In this document: piece after piece, positions 1 through 9,482 of the stretch
Numbering within the stretch: position 1 is the first letter of the stretch
Layout: each line of letters starts with the position of its first letter
Origin: Eubacteriales bacterium
Lineage (GTDB): Bacteria; Bacillota; Clostridia; Oscillospirales; UBA644
NCBI GenBank assembly: GCA_045534395.1
Contig: JAZSJP010000111.1
Span: 1 to 42,525 of the forward strand
DNA length: 42,525 nucleotides
Direction of reading: 5' to 3'
Made by a program: the position numbers and the translations under genes
The notes under the pieces: generated by a model
The model's database searches: none
What the model was told of the DNA's origin: nothing
What the model saw: only the letters and a program-made list of their open reading frames with translations

Positions 1-448
1 GACAATACTAATGGCCCACTCCTTGGCTTACAGAACGACATGGCTACGATCCGACTTGCTTTTGACCTTCTTCTTCCGTTATATGAGACCTCTCATTGAA
101 AACGGTCACGTGTATTCCGCCGTTCCCCCTCTGTATAAGATTACCCGAGGGAAAACCGTGCGGGTGGCGTATTCCGACGAAGAACGGGATAGGGTTTCTT
201 CCGAAATGCGGGAAGACAACCCCAACGCAAAAATCGAAATTTCCCGCTTTAAGGGTCTCGGTGAAATGGACGCTCACGAATTGTGGGACACCACCATGGA
301 TCCCGAACAACGTTCTTTGAGACGCATCACCCTGGACGACGCCGTCCGTGCCGACGAAGTGTTCTCGGTACTCATGGGGGAACAGGTGGAACCCCGTAAG
401 GAATGGATTGAGAAAAACGCGCAGTATGCGGTAAATCTTGATTTTTAA
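1..448 (+). CDS. gyrB: DNA gyrase subunit B, C-terminal part (5' end lies outside the window)
   Basis: The frame is open from the window edge. The translation contains PPLYKI and [19 protein letters not shown], typical of the GyrB C-terminal region. gyrA follows directly. Confidence 0.93.
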   Translation, partial: TILMAHSLAYRTTWLRSDLLLTFFFRYMRPLIENGHVYSAVPPLYKITRGKTVRVAYSDEERDRVSSEMREDNPNAKIEISRFKGLGEMDAHELWDTTMDPEQRSLRRITLDDAVRADEVFSVLMGEQVEPRKEWIEKNAQYAVNLDF

Positions 449-465
449 TCAAGATTTACACGCGG

Positions 466-535
466 AAATGCAAAATGCACAATGCACAATGCAAAATTAA
501 AACCATTCCCTCTCCTGTGAGGCGGGGGACGATAC
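466..535. repeat. Family B intergenic repeat, short variant in inverted orientation
   Basis: TGCAAAA-TGCACAA-TGCACAA-TGCAAAA heptad run followed by ...cctgtgaggcggggga. This is the reverse complement of the CCCCGCCTCA... module seen at 30.4 kb and 33.3 kb. Confidence 0.8.
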
Positions 536-606
536 CATTAGAAACATAAAAAACGGGAGAAAGAATCAAAACAGTTTGAATTTTTTCTCCGAAGGAGAAA
601 AGAGTT

Positions 607-3126
607 ATGGCTCATAACAGAAGTTATAATCCTGAGGATATTCGCTTTCCCGACCAGGTGATAACCGAATCCCATTTGGTTGAGGAAATGGAAAAATCCT
701 ATATTGAATACGCCATGTCGGTTATCGTCGGCCGTGCGTTGCCCGACGTTCGGGACGGTCTGAAACCCGTTCACCGCCGTATTTTGTACACCATGTACGA
801 AAGCGGGCTTACTTCGGACAAACCTTTTAAAAAATCCGCCACCTGGGTGGGTGACGTGTTGGGTAAATACCACCCCCACGGCGATACCTCGGTCTACGAC
901 GCCATGGTTCGCTTGGCGCAGGACTTTTCCATGCGCTATATGCTGGTGGACGGTCACGGGAACTTCGGTTCCGTGGACGGAGATCCCCCGGCGGCTTACC
1001 GTTATACGGAAGCGCGCCTTTCCAAAATGTCCAACGAAATGTTGCGGGACATTGATAAAGAAACGGTGAATTGGGATCCCAACTTTGACGAAAGCCGCAA
1101 GGAGCCTCGGGTGTTGCCTTCCCGCTTCCCCAACCTGTTGGTCAACGGTTCTTCGGGGATTGCCGTCGGCATGGCAACCAACATTCCCCCCCACAACCTG
1201 AAGGAAGTCATCAACGCCGCCGTGGCGGTTTTGGACGATCCCGAAATAGAAGTTTTGGATCTGTTGGATTATATTTCGGGGCCCGATTTCCCCACGGGCG
1301 GTATCATTATGGGACGCCGCGGAATCCGTGCCGCTTATGCCACGGGTCGCGGAAAAGTCGTGGTGCGCGCCAAGACGGAATTTGAAGAATTCAACAAAGA
1401 TCGGGTACGTATTATCGTTTCCGAACTTCCCTATCAGGTCAACAAGCGTCAGTTGATTAAATCCATTGCCGATCAAGTTAAGGATAAAAAGATCGACGGC
1501 ATTTCCGACTTGCGGGACGAAACCGACCGCAACGGGATGCGTATGGTCATCGAACTGAAGAAAGACGCCAACCCCCAAGTGGTTCTCAACACACTGTTTA
1601 AGCAGACGGCGTTGCAGTCTTCCTTCGGCGTGATATTGCTGGCGTTAGTGGACGATCAAAAGCAACCCAAGATTTTGTCTCTGAAGCAGATCTTGGAAGA
1701 ATATCTTACCTTCCAAAAGGAAGTCCTGACCCGCAGAACCCAGCACGATTTGAAGAAAGCAAGAGAACGCGCGCATCTCTTGGAAGGTCTCTTGATTGCT
1801 CAAGATAATATCGACGAAGTCATTCGTATTATCCGTACCGCTTACGACGATGCCAAGCAGCGCCTGATGGAACGGTTTAATTTGGACGACGTGCAGGCAC
1901 AAGCCATTTTGGATATGCGCCTGAAGGCTTTGCAGGGACTTGACCGTGAAAAATTGCAGGCGGAATTCGACGAACTGCAACAACGCATCGCCTATTTCTT
2001 GGGGCTGTTGGAAGATCCCGAAAAATTGAAGGCTCTTTTGAGAGACGAATTGTTGGAAATTCGCGATAAATTTGGTGACGATCGTAAGACCGAGATCGTG
2101 GACGTGGAAGATGAAATCGATATTGAAGATTTGATCGAAGAAAAGACCAGCGTCTTTACCATGTCTCACCGCGGTTACATTAAGCGTCAGCCCGAAGACG
2201 TGTACAAGGTTCAGAACCGCGGCGGCAGAGGCATCAACGCCATGTCCACCCGCGAGGAAGATTTCGTGGAAGAGTTGTTTATTGCCTCTACCCACGCCAC
2301 CATTCTCTTCTTTACCACCAAGGGGCGCGTGTTCCGTATTAAGGGATACGAAATTCCCGAGGCTTCCCGTCAGGCGAAGGGGTTGAATATCGTCAACCTG
2401 TTGCAGTTGGATCAGGGAGAAACGGTTTCCGCCATGATTCCTTTGTACGGCGAGATCGACGCAGAACATACCTACCTGAATATGATTACCAAGGCGGGAA
2501 TTACCAAGCGTTCTCTCTTGAGCGAATATAAGAATATCCGTAAGGGCGGTTTGATTGCCGTCAATCTGGACGAAGGCGACGAGTTGGTTTCGGTCAAACT
2601 CACCGACGGTACCAAGAACATTCTCATTATCACCCACAAGGGTATGGGTATCTGCTACGATGAAAATCAGGTTTCCGTGGTAGGCCGTACTGCCCGCGGG
2701 GTTAAGGCAATTAAGTTGGACGGAGGCGACGAAGTCATTTCTTCCATCATTGCCGACGATGAGCAAAAGGTTTTGATCGTTACCGAAAACGGTATGGGCA
2801 AACGTACCGACTTCTCTGAATTCAAGATCCAGCACCGCGGCGGACGGGGTGTACATTGTCACAACGTCACCGAAAAGACCGGACTGATTGCCGGGGCTAA
2901 GGCAGTTACCGAAAACGACGACGTGGTTATCATTTCTTCCGACGGCGTTTTAATTCGCATTCGCACCGAAGACGTTCCCGTATACCGCAGAACTTCCTCG
3001 GGCGTTAAGATCATGCGGGTGGGCGGAGAGACTAAGGTCATGAACATTGCGCCTCTTCCCAAATCGGAAGACGATGATGCCGTGGAAGAAACCGCTGAAG
3101 CAACGGTAGAAGAAACTCAGGAATAA
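607..3126 (+). CDS. gyrA: DNA gyrase subunit A
   Basis: 839 aa. The N-terminal region reads [31 protein letters not shown], with the [10 protein letters not shown] active-site Tyr region. There is a C-terminal beta-pinwheel region and an acidic tail. RBS is gaaggagaaaa. Confidence 0.97.
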   Translation: MAHNRSYNPEDIRFPDQVITESHLVEEMEKSYIEYAMSVIVGRALPDVRDGLKPVHRRILYTMYESGLTSDKPFKKSATWVGDVLGKYHPHGDTSVYDAMVRLAQDFSMRYMLVDGHGNFGSVDGDPPAAYRYTEARLSKMSNEMLRDIDKETVNWDPNFDESRKEPRVLPSRFPNLLVNGSSGIAVGMATNIPPHNLKEVINAAVAVLDDPEIEVLDLLDYISGPDFPTGGIIMGRRGIRAAYATGRGKVVVRAKTEFEEFNKDRVRIIVSELPYQVNKRQLIKSIADQVKDKKIDGISDLRDETDRNGMRMVIELKKDANPQVVLNTLFKQTALQSSFGVILLALVDDQKQPKILSLKQILEEYLTFQKEVLTRRTQHDLKKARERAHLLEGLLIAQDNIDEVIRIIRTAYDDAKQRLMERFNLDDVQAQAILDMRLKALQGLDREKLQAEFDELQQRIAYFLGLLEDPEKLKALLRDELLEIRDKFGDDRKTEIVDVEDEIDIEDLIEEKTSVFTMSHRGYIKRQPEDVYKVQNRGGRGINAMSTREEDFVEELFIASTHATILFFTTKGRVFRIKGYEIPEASRQAKGLNIVNLLQLDQGETVSAMIPLYGEIDAEHTYLNMITKAGITKRSLLSEYKNIRKGGLIAVNLDEGDELVSVKLTDGTKNILIITHKGMGICYDENQVSVVGRTARGVKAIKLDGGDEVISSIIADDEQKVLIVTENGMGKRTDFSEFKIQHRGGRGVHCHNVTEKTGLIAGAKAVTENDDVVIISSDGVLIRIRTEDVPVYRRTSSGVKIMRVGGETKVMNIAPLPKSEDDDAVEETAEATVEETQE

Positions 3127-3152
3127 TAATCCCATACGAGGTAGAATAGGAT

Positions 3153-4556
3153 ATGAAGAACACGGAAAAAACCATGGAAAAAATCGTAAATCTCTGTAAG
3201 AACCGCGGATTTATTTTCGCCGGCTCCGAGATTTACGGCGGACTTGCCAACACTTGGGACTACGGTCCCTTGGGGGTCGAGTTCAAAAACAACGTGAAAA
3301 AAGCGTGGTGGAAAAAATTCGTTCAGGAAAATCGCTATAACGTAGGTCTGGACGCCGCCATTCTTATGAATCCCCAAACTTGGGTGGCATCGGGACACGT
3401 GGGCGGATTTTCCGACCCCCTGATGGACTGTAAGGAATGTAAAGAACGCTTCCGAGCCGACAAGGTCATCGAAGATTGGTGTGCCGAAAACAATTTCGAT
3501 CTGGGCAAGGCGGTAGACGCTATGTCTCAGGCGGAAATGAAGGAATTCGTGGAAGAGCATAATATTGTTTGTCCCACCTGCGGAAAGCACAATTGGACGG
3601 ATATTCGTCAGTTCAACCTTATGTTTAAGACCTTCCAAGGGGTTACGGAAGATGCCAAGAACGTGGTGTATCTCCGTCCCGAAACGGCACAAGGCATCTT
3701 CGTAAACTTCAATAACGTTGCTCGCACCACGCGTCGTAAGTTGCCCTTCGGCGTTTGCCAGGTAGGAAAATCCTTCCGCAACGAAATCACCCCCGGAAAC
3801 TTCACCTTCCGTACCCGGGAATTTGAGCAGATGGAATTGGAATTCTTCTGCAAACCCGGTACCGAATTGGAATGGTTTGCTTATTGGAAGCAATTCTGCA
3901 AGGATTGGCTGTTGTCCTTGGGGATGAAGGAAGAAAATCTCCGCCTTCGCGACCACGATCCCGAAGAGTTGTCTCACTATTCCAACGCAACTACTGACTT
4001 TGAGTTCGTGTTCCCCTTCGGGTGGGGCGAATTGTGGGGCGTGGCTTCCCGTACCAACTTCGACTTGAATGCCCATCAGACCACGTCCGGTCAGGACATG
4101 ACGTATTTTGATCAGGAAGCCGGCGAGCATTATATCCCCTACGTTATCGAGCCTTCCTTGGGTGCCGACCGCGTCGCCTTGGCGTTCTTGGTAGACGCCT
4201 ACGACGAGGAAGTGGTTGACGCCGAGAAGAACGACACCCGTGTGGTGCTGCGTCTCCATCCCGCATTGGCTCCCTACAAAGCCGCCGTTCTGCCTCTGTC
4301 CAAGAAACTTTCGGAAAAGGCGGGCGAGGTCTATGAAATGCTTGCCAAATACTTTAACGTGGATTACGATGAAGCCGGTTCCATCGGCAAACGCTATCGC
4401 CGGGAAGATGAGATCGGAACGCCCTTCTGCATCACCGTGGATTTTGAGACCGAAACCGACGGCTGCGTCACCATTCGTGAACGGGATACCATGGAACAGG
4501 TTCGCCTGCCCATCGACCAAGTGGTTTCCTATTTGAACGAAAAACTGTATTTCTAA
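3153..4556 (+). CDS. glyQS: Glycine--tRNA ligase (single-chain alpha2 type)
   Basis: 467 aa with [37 protein letters not shown] at the N terminus and class II motifs ([25 protein letters not shown]). Confidence 0.95.
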   Translation: MKNTEKTMEKIVNLCKNRGFIFAGSEIYGGLANTWDYGPLGVEFKNNVKKAWWKKFVQENRYNVGLDAAILMNPQTWVASGHVGGFSDPLMDCKECKERFRADKVIEDWCAENNFDLGKAVDAMSQAEMKEFVEEHNIVCPTCGKHNWTDIRQFNLMFKTFQGVTEDAKNVVYLRPETAQGIFVNFNNVARTTRRKLPFGVCQVGKSFRNEITPGNFTFRTREFEQMELEFFCKPGTELEWFAYWKQFCKDWLLSLGMKEENLRLRDHDPEELSHYSNATTDFEFVFPFGWGELWGVASRTNFDLNAHQTTSGQDMTYFDQEAGEHYIPYVIEPSLGADRVALAFLVDAYDEEVVDAEKNDTRVVLRLHPALAPYKAAVLPLSKKLSEKAGEVYEMLAKYFNVDYDEAGSIGKRYRREDEIGTPFCITVDFETETDGCVTIRERDTMEQVRLPIDQVVSYLNEKLYF

Positions 4557-4568
4557 GTGTTGCGAGTG

Positions 4569-4651
4569 TGTACTTTTCTTTCTTTTCAGGAGAAAAGAAA
4601 GAAAAGTACCAAAAGAAAGAAAAGCCAAGGCCGACGAATTACATTCGTCGG
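4569..4651. repeat. Family A repeat module (long polypurine/polypyrimidine palindrome + spacer + short GC hairpin)
   Basis: gtacttttctttcttttc-agga-gaaaagaaagaaaagtac, then caaaagaaagaaaagc, then hairpin ccgacgaat-tac-attcgtcgg. The same layout recurs at 9.3, 18.3 and 29.0 kb. Confidence 0.85.
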
Positions 4652-4678
4652 AAAGGGAAATTTAAATTTGAAATTTCC

Positions 4679-4880
4679 TCACGACAATGAAATTGTCGTG
4701 CCTACGCTTTTTCTTTGCTTCTTTCTTTTTCTCGTGAAAGGAATGGGCGAGGATTGTAAGTTTTATTGTTAAGGAAAAGGTTCAAATAATTACCGTTCCC
4801 CACGACAATGAAATTGTCGTGCCTACGCTTTTTTCTTTGCTTCTTTCTTTTTTCTCGTGAAAAAAGAAAGAAGACCAACT
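4679..4880. repeat. Family A repeat modules in inverted orientation, with a ~60-bp unit duplicated at a 121-bp period
   Basis: cacgacaatgaaattgtcgtg + cctacgcttttt(t)ctttgcttctttcttttt(t)ctcgtgaaa occurs from 4680 and again from 4801. Only the second copy completes the palindrome cttctttcttttttctcgtgaaaaaagaaagaag (4840-4873). Confidence 0.8.
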
Positions 4881-4901
4881 CCTTCCCGAAAGGAAAATTT
4901 T

Positions 4902-6014
4902 ATGATTATTTTAGACAACTACCGCGTAAAACTCATGGAGATCGAGGATCGCATCAAAGAATTGGCAAGCGCCATGCGTATTGACGCCGTCAAAGACACC
5001 TTGGCGGAGTATGAGAAGATTACCGCCGATCCCGATTTCTGGAACGATATGGAAAAATCCCAAAAAATTTTGGTGGAGCAAAAGCGCCAAAAGGATATTT
5101 TGGAAAATTATTCGTCAGTAGTCTCTCTCCACGAAGACGCCACCACCTTGGTGGAGCTTGCCATGGAAGAATGCGACGAAGACACGGAAACCGAGATTGT
5201 TTCCATGACGGAAAATTTGGAAAAAACCATCGAGCGTCTGACCATGGATACCTTGTTGGACGGCGAATACGATAAATCCAACGCCATTCTCACCTTCCAC
5301 GCCGGTGCCGGCGGAACCGAGGCGCAGGATTGGGCGCTGATGTTGTTCCGCATGTACTCCCGGTACGGGGAGCAGAACGGGTTTAAGGTCAAGTGCCTTG
5401 ATATGTTGGACGGCGATGAAGCGGGCATTAAATCCGCCGTGTTGATGCTGGAAGGCCCCAACGCTTACGGTTATATGAAGTCCGAGTCGGGAGTTCACCG
5501 TTTGGTGCGCGTGTCTCCCTTCGATGCATCGGGCCGCCGCCAAACGTCCTTTGCTTCCGTGGAAGTTATGCCCGAAATTGAAGACGATAAGTCCATTGAG
5601 ATTCGGGAAGAAGATCTGGAGATTGAATGTCACCGCGCTTCCGGTGCCGGCGGTCAGCACGTTAACAAGACCGACTCCGCCGTCCGCATCAAGCATATCC
5701 CCACGGGAATCGTTACCGGTTGTCAGACCGAGCGCTCCCAAAAGCAAAACCGGGAAATGGCTTTGAAGATGTTGAAGTCCAAACTGTTGGAAATCAAAGA
5801 GCGGGAACATTTGGAAAAGATCGAAGACATCAAGGGCGTTCAGATGGACTACGGATGGGGCTCTCAGATCCGTTCCTACGTATTTATGCCCTATACGTTG
5901 GTCAAAGACCACCGCACCAACTTTGAAATGGGAAACGTTAACGCCGTTATGGATGGCGACTTGGAAGGCTTTATCAACGCCTACCTCAAATATTTGAAAT
6001 CCGGAAATCAATAA
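4902..6014 (+). CDS. prfB: Peptide chain release factor 2 (single frame, no programmed frameshift)
   Basis: SPF motif (RVSPFD), GGQ motif (ASGAGGQHVNKTDSAVRI) and the RF2-type N-terminal region are all in one frame. The ATG at 4902 follows aaggaaaatttt. The upstream GTG at 4857 lies inside a repeat palindrome. Confidence 0.92.
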   Translation: MIILDNYRVKLMEIEDRIKELASAMRIDAVKDTLAEYEKITADPDFWNDMEKSQKILVEQKRQKDILENYSSVVSLHEDATTLVELAMEECDEDTETEIVSMTENLEKTIERLTMDTLLDGEYDKSNAILTFHAGAGGTEAQDWALMLFRMYSRYGEQNGFKVKCLDMLDGDEAGIKSAVLMLEGPNAYGYMKSESGVHRLVRVSPFDASGRRQTSFASVEVMPEIEDDKSIEIREEDLEIECHRASGAGGQHVNKTDSAVRIKHIPTGIVTGCQTERSQKQNREMALKMLKSKLLEIKEREHLEKIEDIKGVQMDYGWGSQIRSYVFMPYTLVKDHRTNFEMGNVNAVMDGDLEGFINAYLKYLKSGNQ

Positions 6015-6021
6015 AAGAAAA

Positions 6022-6056
6022 ACACGGGGAACGCGAAAGCGTTTCCCGTGTTTTTC
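6022..6056 (+). terminator. Rho-independent terminator after prfB
   Basis: cacggggaacgc-gaaa-gcgtttcccgtg followed by ttttt. Confidence 0.8.
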
Positions 6057-6579
6057 CGAAAGGAAATAAAAATGAAGAGGTAAAAAGAAAGGTTCATTTT
6101 CTTGATACTTCTATTTTACACCTTTCTGTGTCCTATAAACAGGACGTTTTGCAAAAAAATACAGGTGCCGCGAGGGAATACGGCACCTGTAAACGGCGGA
6201 GAGGGGGACCGCCGCGTCGTTTCATTTTCACCCCAAAGTCTCAGCAGGCATTGAGGTTTTCATGAAACAAAAAAGGAGGAGAACTTGTCTCTTTGGAATA
6301 AGCGTGCAAGTTGCAACTTTCTGCCGAGGAAGGGAGCCTCGGTGGGTTGCGAAAAACCTCGAAAAAACGGTTTTATTTAGGTAAATTATAACACAGGTTT
6401 TTTCAAAAGTCAAGCGATTTTTTATAAGTTTTTAAAATTCATCACCATTGGAAGATATTGCTAAATTATCGCAGTTAAAATTGTTTATTTTGCACAAATA
6501 AATAGTGAATAGTACCAAAACGCAAGAAGAATGTTTGGTAAGCGTTCGCATTTTTATTCATTTATACATTTTTTATACA

Positions 6580-6619
6580 ATACAAAAATTCCGCAAGAGC
6601 GAGTGTCTCTTGCGGAATT
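6580..6619 (-). terminator. Rho-independent terminator after the SulP gene
   Basis: aattccgcaagag-cgagtgt-ctcttgcggaatt. A T-run follows on the minus strand. Confidence 0.8.
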
Positions 6620-6624
6620 GTTTC

Positions 6625-7896
6625 TCAGGCGTTTTTGCGAATTTTTCGGAAGACCAGCGCCAACGCCAAACCCGCGGCAATGGCGACGACCAAATCGAAA
6701 ATGACCGTTAAAGCAAAGGTGGCAACTAAGATGATAATATCCTTCCAATCCTTTTCTTTGCAGATGGCGACAAATTCCCGCCATTCGCTCATGTTGTATG
6801 CCACCATGAAGAGGATCGCCGCAATGGCTGGCATGGGAATCAGCGCCGCGTAGGGCATGAGCACCAAGAGAACCAACAACAGAACCAAGGCGTGAACCAT
6901 GCCGGCGATGGGGGTTCTGCCGCCGTTTTTCACGTTGGCGGCGGTGCGGGCGATGGCGCCCGTGGCGGGGATTCCGCCAAACAGAACCGATGCAATGTTG
7001 CCCAATCCCTGTGCCATCAGTTCGGCGTTTGGATTATGCTTGTCTTTCACCATGCCGTCGGCAACCACGCAGGACAACAAGGATTCCACCCCTGCCAACA
7101 GCGCAATGGTGACGGCGTTGGGCAGAAGGGCGACGATTCGTTCAAAACTGAAGTTCAATCCCCCGAAGTCCACCTTGGGAAGTCCTGCGGGAATGGTGTA
7201 CAAATCTCCGATGGTGTACACCTTTTCCTGAAATCCCGGGAGAAACGCCACGGCAAGAGCGCCGACAACTACAGCAATGAGAGACGGCGGCACTCTCTTT
7301 TCTAATTTGGGGTAAAAAATCAAAATGGCAAGACAAAGAAGTCCTACCGCCAAGGCTTGCCAGGAAAGAGAGCCGATGGATTGCAGATTTGCTTCCACTT
7401 TTTCCATGGTTTCAATGGGTTTTACGCCGTCGGCGTAGGTCAATCCGAAAAAGTCTTTCACTTGACCCAACAGAATGGTGACGGCGATTCCCCCGGTGAA
7501 TCCTACGGTAATGGTTTTGGGGATATAGCGAATCAGACCACCGAGTTTGCAAATTCCCATTAAAATCAGCAAGATTCCCGCCATGACCGTGGCGAGGAAG
7601 AGACCGTCCATGCCTTGTGTCGCCACGATTCCCGCAACCACCGTTGCAAAGGCGGCGGTGGGACCGGCAATCTGCACGCGACTTCCCCCTAAGAGGGAAA
7701 CGACGAATCCGGCGGCAATGGCGGTGTAGATTCCGCATGCCGGTTCTACCCCCGAGGCCAACGCCAATGCAATGGAGAGGGGGAGCGCGATGATGGCAAC
7801 GATGAGCCCGGCAATCAAATCTTTGACCAATTGACTGCCGTTATAATTCTTCAGTGCCGAAATGATTTTCGGCTGTAAATAAAATTCCTTTTTCAT
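6625..7896 (-). CDS. SulP-family anion permease, transmembrane domain only (no STAS domain)
   Basis: 423 aa. The N terminus reads LVKDLIAGLIVAIIALPLSIALALASGV, continuing ...GIYTAIAAGFVVSLLGGSRVQIAGPTAAF, as in SulP/SLC26 permeases. The protein ends just after the last TM helix. Confidence 0.85.
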   Translation of the reverse strand: MKKEFYLQPKIISALKNYNGSQLVKDLIAGLIVAIIALPLSIALALASGVEPACGIYTAIAAGFVVSLLGGSRVQIAGPTAAFATVVAGIVATQGMDGLFLATVMAGILLILMGICKLGGLIRYIPKTITVGFTGGIAVTILLGQVKDFFGLTYADGVKPIETMEKVEANLQSIGSLSWQALAVGLLCLAILIFYPKLEKRVPPSLIAVVVGALAVAFLPGFQEKVYTIGDLYTIPAGLPKVDFGGLNFSFERIVALLPNAVTIALLAGVESLLSCVVADGMVKDKHNPNAELMAQGLGNIASVLFGGIPATGAIARTAANVKNGGRTPIAGMVHALVLLLVLLVLMPYAALIPMPAIAAILFMVAYNMSEWREFVAICKEKDWKDIIILVATFALTVIFDLVVAIAAGLALALVFRKIRKNA

Positions 7897-7975
7897 GATG
7901 CTTCCTTTTCAATTTTTCGGCAATGCCAAGGGATATTATACACCTTTTGTCGAGGTTTGTCAAGGAAAAATACAA

Positions 7976-9292
7976 TTATTTTTTATTTAATAAGGAAAGC
8001 AATGCAGATTTTTCGTTGGGAGCGGTGCCGTCCAGGACGGCGTCCAACAAAAATTGCAATTTTTCACCGATTTCCTTGCCTTCGTATCCCAATTTTATCA
8101 AATCGTTGCCCTTGACAGCCAAATCACGCAAGGAAAAGCATTGTTTTTCCGAAAGAATTTCCCGCGCCAAGGATTCCAAGGGGCCGTAGCTGTCTTGACG
8201 GAAATGAAATTCCGGCGCCAGCGCCAAATTGTCTGCCCGCATTAAGGAGATGAGGTCAAAAAATCCCGATTCTCCCAATTTGTTCAGCTTGCGTCGGACG
8301 GCGGCGGGGGTGAGGTCGATGGGTGCGTCATGGTGCCGAATCAGGTTGACGACGCGCTCCCGAAGGTCGTTGGACGCGCGGAGACGTTGCAATATGCCGT
8401 CTGCCGCTTCCGCCGAGCGTTTTGCGTGACCGAAAAAGTGTCCCACTCCGGCTTCGTCTAAGGAAAAGCAGTCGGGTTTCCCCACGTCGTGCAACAAAGC
8501 CGCCCAACGAAGATGAGGCGTTGGTGCAACTTGTTCCACGGCGTGTATCAAATGGGTGTAGAGGGGGTAGAGGTGGTGGAAATTTTTTTGGTCGAAGCCA
8601 ACGGTGGGCAAAAGTTCCGGTAAAAATACGCCGATGACGTCGGGAAATTCCAAAAGAACGTCTCCTGCGTGGGCGCCGCACAAAAGTTTTGTGAATTCTT
8701 CCAAAATTCGTTCCGCGCTGACGGATAAAAGGTTGTCTTTTAGATTTCGTAGTGCTGATTTTGTTTGAGATTCCAAGGGGAATCCCATGGTTGCGGAAAA
8801 TCGAAGGGCGCGCAAAATTCGTAGACCATCTTCGCGGAATCGCTCCGAGGGGTCTTCGACGCAGCGCAAAATCCCGGCGGAAAGGTCGTTTTGTCCGTCA
8901 AAAGGGTCGACGATGCCCGCGTCGGGTGCCCACGCCATGGCGTTGACGGTGAAATCCCGTCTCGCAAGGTCTTCGGTCAAAGACTGTGTGAAGCAAACTC
9001 CGTCGGGACGTCGACCGTCGGTGTAGGCTCCGTCCACCCGATAGGTGGTGACTTCCACGGAGAGTCCGTCCCAAAGAACGGTAACGGTGCCGTGTTGCAA
9101 TCCCGTGGTGACGGTTTTGACGTCAGAAAAAAGGTTCAACGTCTCTTCCGGAAGAGCTGACGTGGTAATGTCGTAATCGTGAGGAGCAACATTGCGCAAA
9201 AAATCGCGAACGCACCCGCCCACGAGAAAAGCCTCGTGGTTAAAGGATTTTAGTTTGTTCAATACTGCAATCGCTCGCGCGTCAAATTCCAC
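7976..9292 (-). CDS. cca: CCA-adding tRNA nucleotidyltransferase with HD domain
   Basis: 438 aa with FLVGGCVRDFLRNVAPHDYDITT (polymerase beta head), RDFTVNAMA, and the HD motif LLHDVGK. Confidence 0.88.
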   Translation of the reverse strand: MEFDARAIAVLNKLKSFNHEAFLVGGCVRDFLRNVAPHDYDITTSALPEETLNLFSDVKTVTTGLQHGTVTVLWDGLSVEVTTYRVDGAYTDGRRPDGVCFTQSLTEDLARRDFTVNAMAWAPDAGIVDPFDGQNDLSAGILRCVEDPSERFREDGLRILRALRFSATMGFPLESQTKSALRNLKDNLLSVSAERILEEFTKLLCGAHAGDVLLEFPDVIGVFLPELLPTVGFDQKNFHHLYPLYTHLIHAVEQVAPTPHLRWAALLHDVGKPDCFSLDEAGVGHFFGHAKRSAEAADGILQRLRASNDLRERVVNLIRHHDAPIDLTPAAVRRKLNKLGESGFFDLISLMRADNLALAPEFHFRQDSYGPLESLAREILSEKQCFSLRDLAVKGNDLIKLGYEGKEIGEKLQFLLDAVLDGTAPNEKSALLSLLNKK

Positions 9293-9319
9293 AAAATCAC
9301 AGCCTTAATGAGAGGTAGC

Positions 9320-9482
9320 GTTCTTTTTCTTTCGGAAGAAAGAAAAAGAACCAAAAAGAAAGTCAAGGCGCCGCAATCCTTGCGGCGGGGAAAGGAAAAG
9401 GGGTATTTTAATAATACCCCCTTCTTCGGCGAATGGAATTCGCCGTTTTGCTTTTTTCTTTTTTTGGTACTTTTCTTCTGAC
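9320..9482. repeat. Family A repeat element (inverted pair of modules; right end truncated at the serS stop)
   Basis: Left module is gttctttttctttc-ggaa-gaaagaaaaagaac + caaaaagaaagtcaagg + cgccgcaa-tcc-ttgcggcg. The central hairpin is ggggtatt-ttaa-taatacccc. The right module is inverted: cggcgaat-gga-attcgccg + ttttgcttttttctttttttg + gtacttttcttc. Confidence 0.85.

Noticed and set aside
431-459. The hairpin gtaaatcttgat-tttta-atcaagatttac spanning the gyrB stop, considered as a terminator.
   Set aside because: No T-run follows it, and gyrA lies immediately downstream. It may be a structural element, but I cannot support a terminator call.
538-4628. Long minus-strand ORFs (538-1578, 1645-2862, 3117-4628) opposite gyrA and glyQS.
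   Set aside because: They are antisense shadows of genes with unmistakable gyrase and GlyRS motifs. Their translations are low-complexity and lack recognisable motifs or ribosome-binding sites.
6060-6620. Possible small genes in the ~560-bp non-coding stretch: a 40-codon ATG ORF at 6262, a 31-codon TTG ORF at 6285-6380 after aaggaggag, and the 61-aa minus ORF at 6228-6413.
   Set aside because: The three candidates overlap each other in different frames, and none shows a recognisable motif. The GGAGG may be fortuitous. Ribosome profiling or conservation data would be needed before calling any of them.
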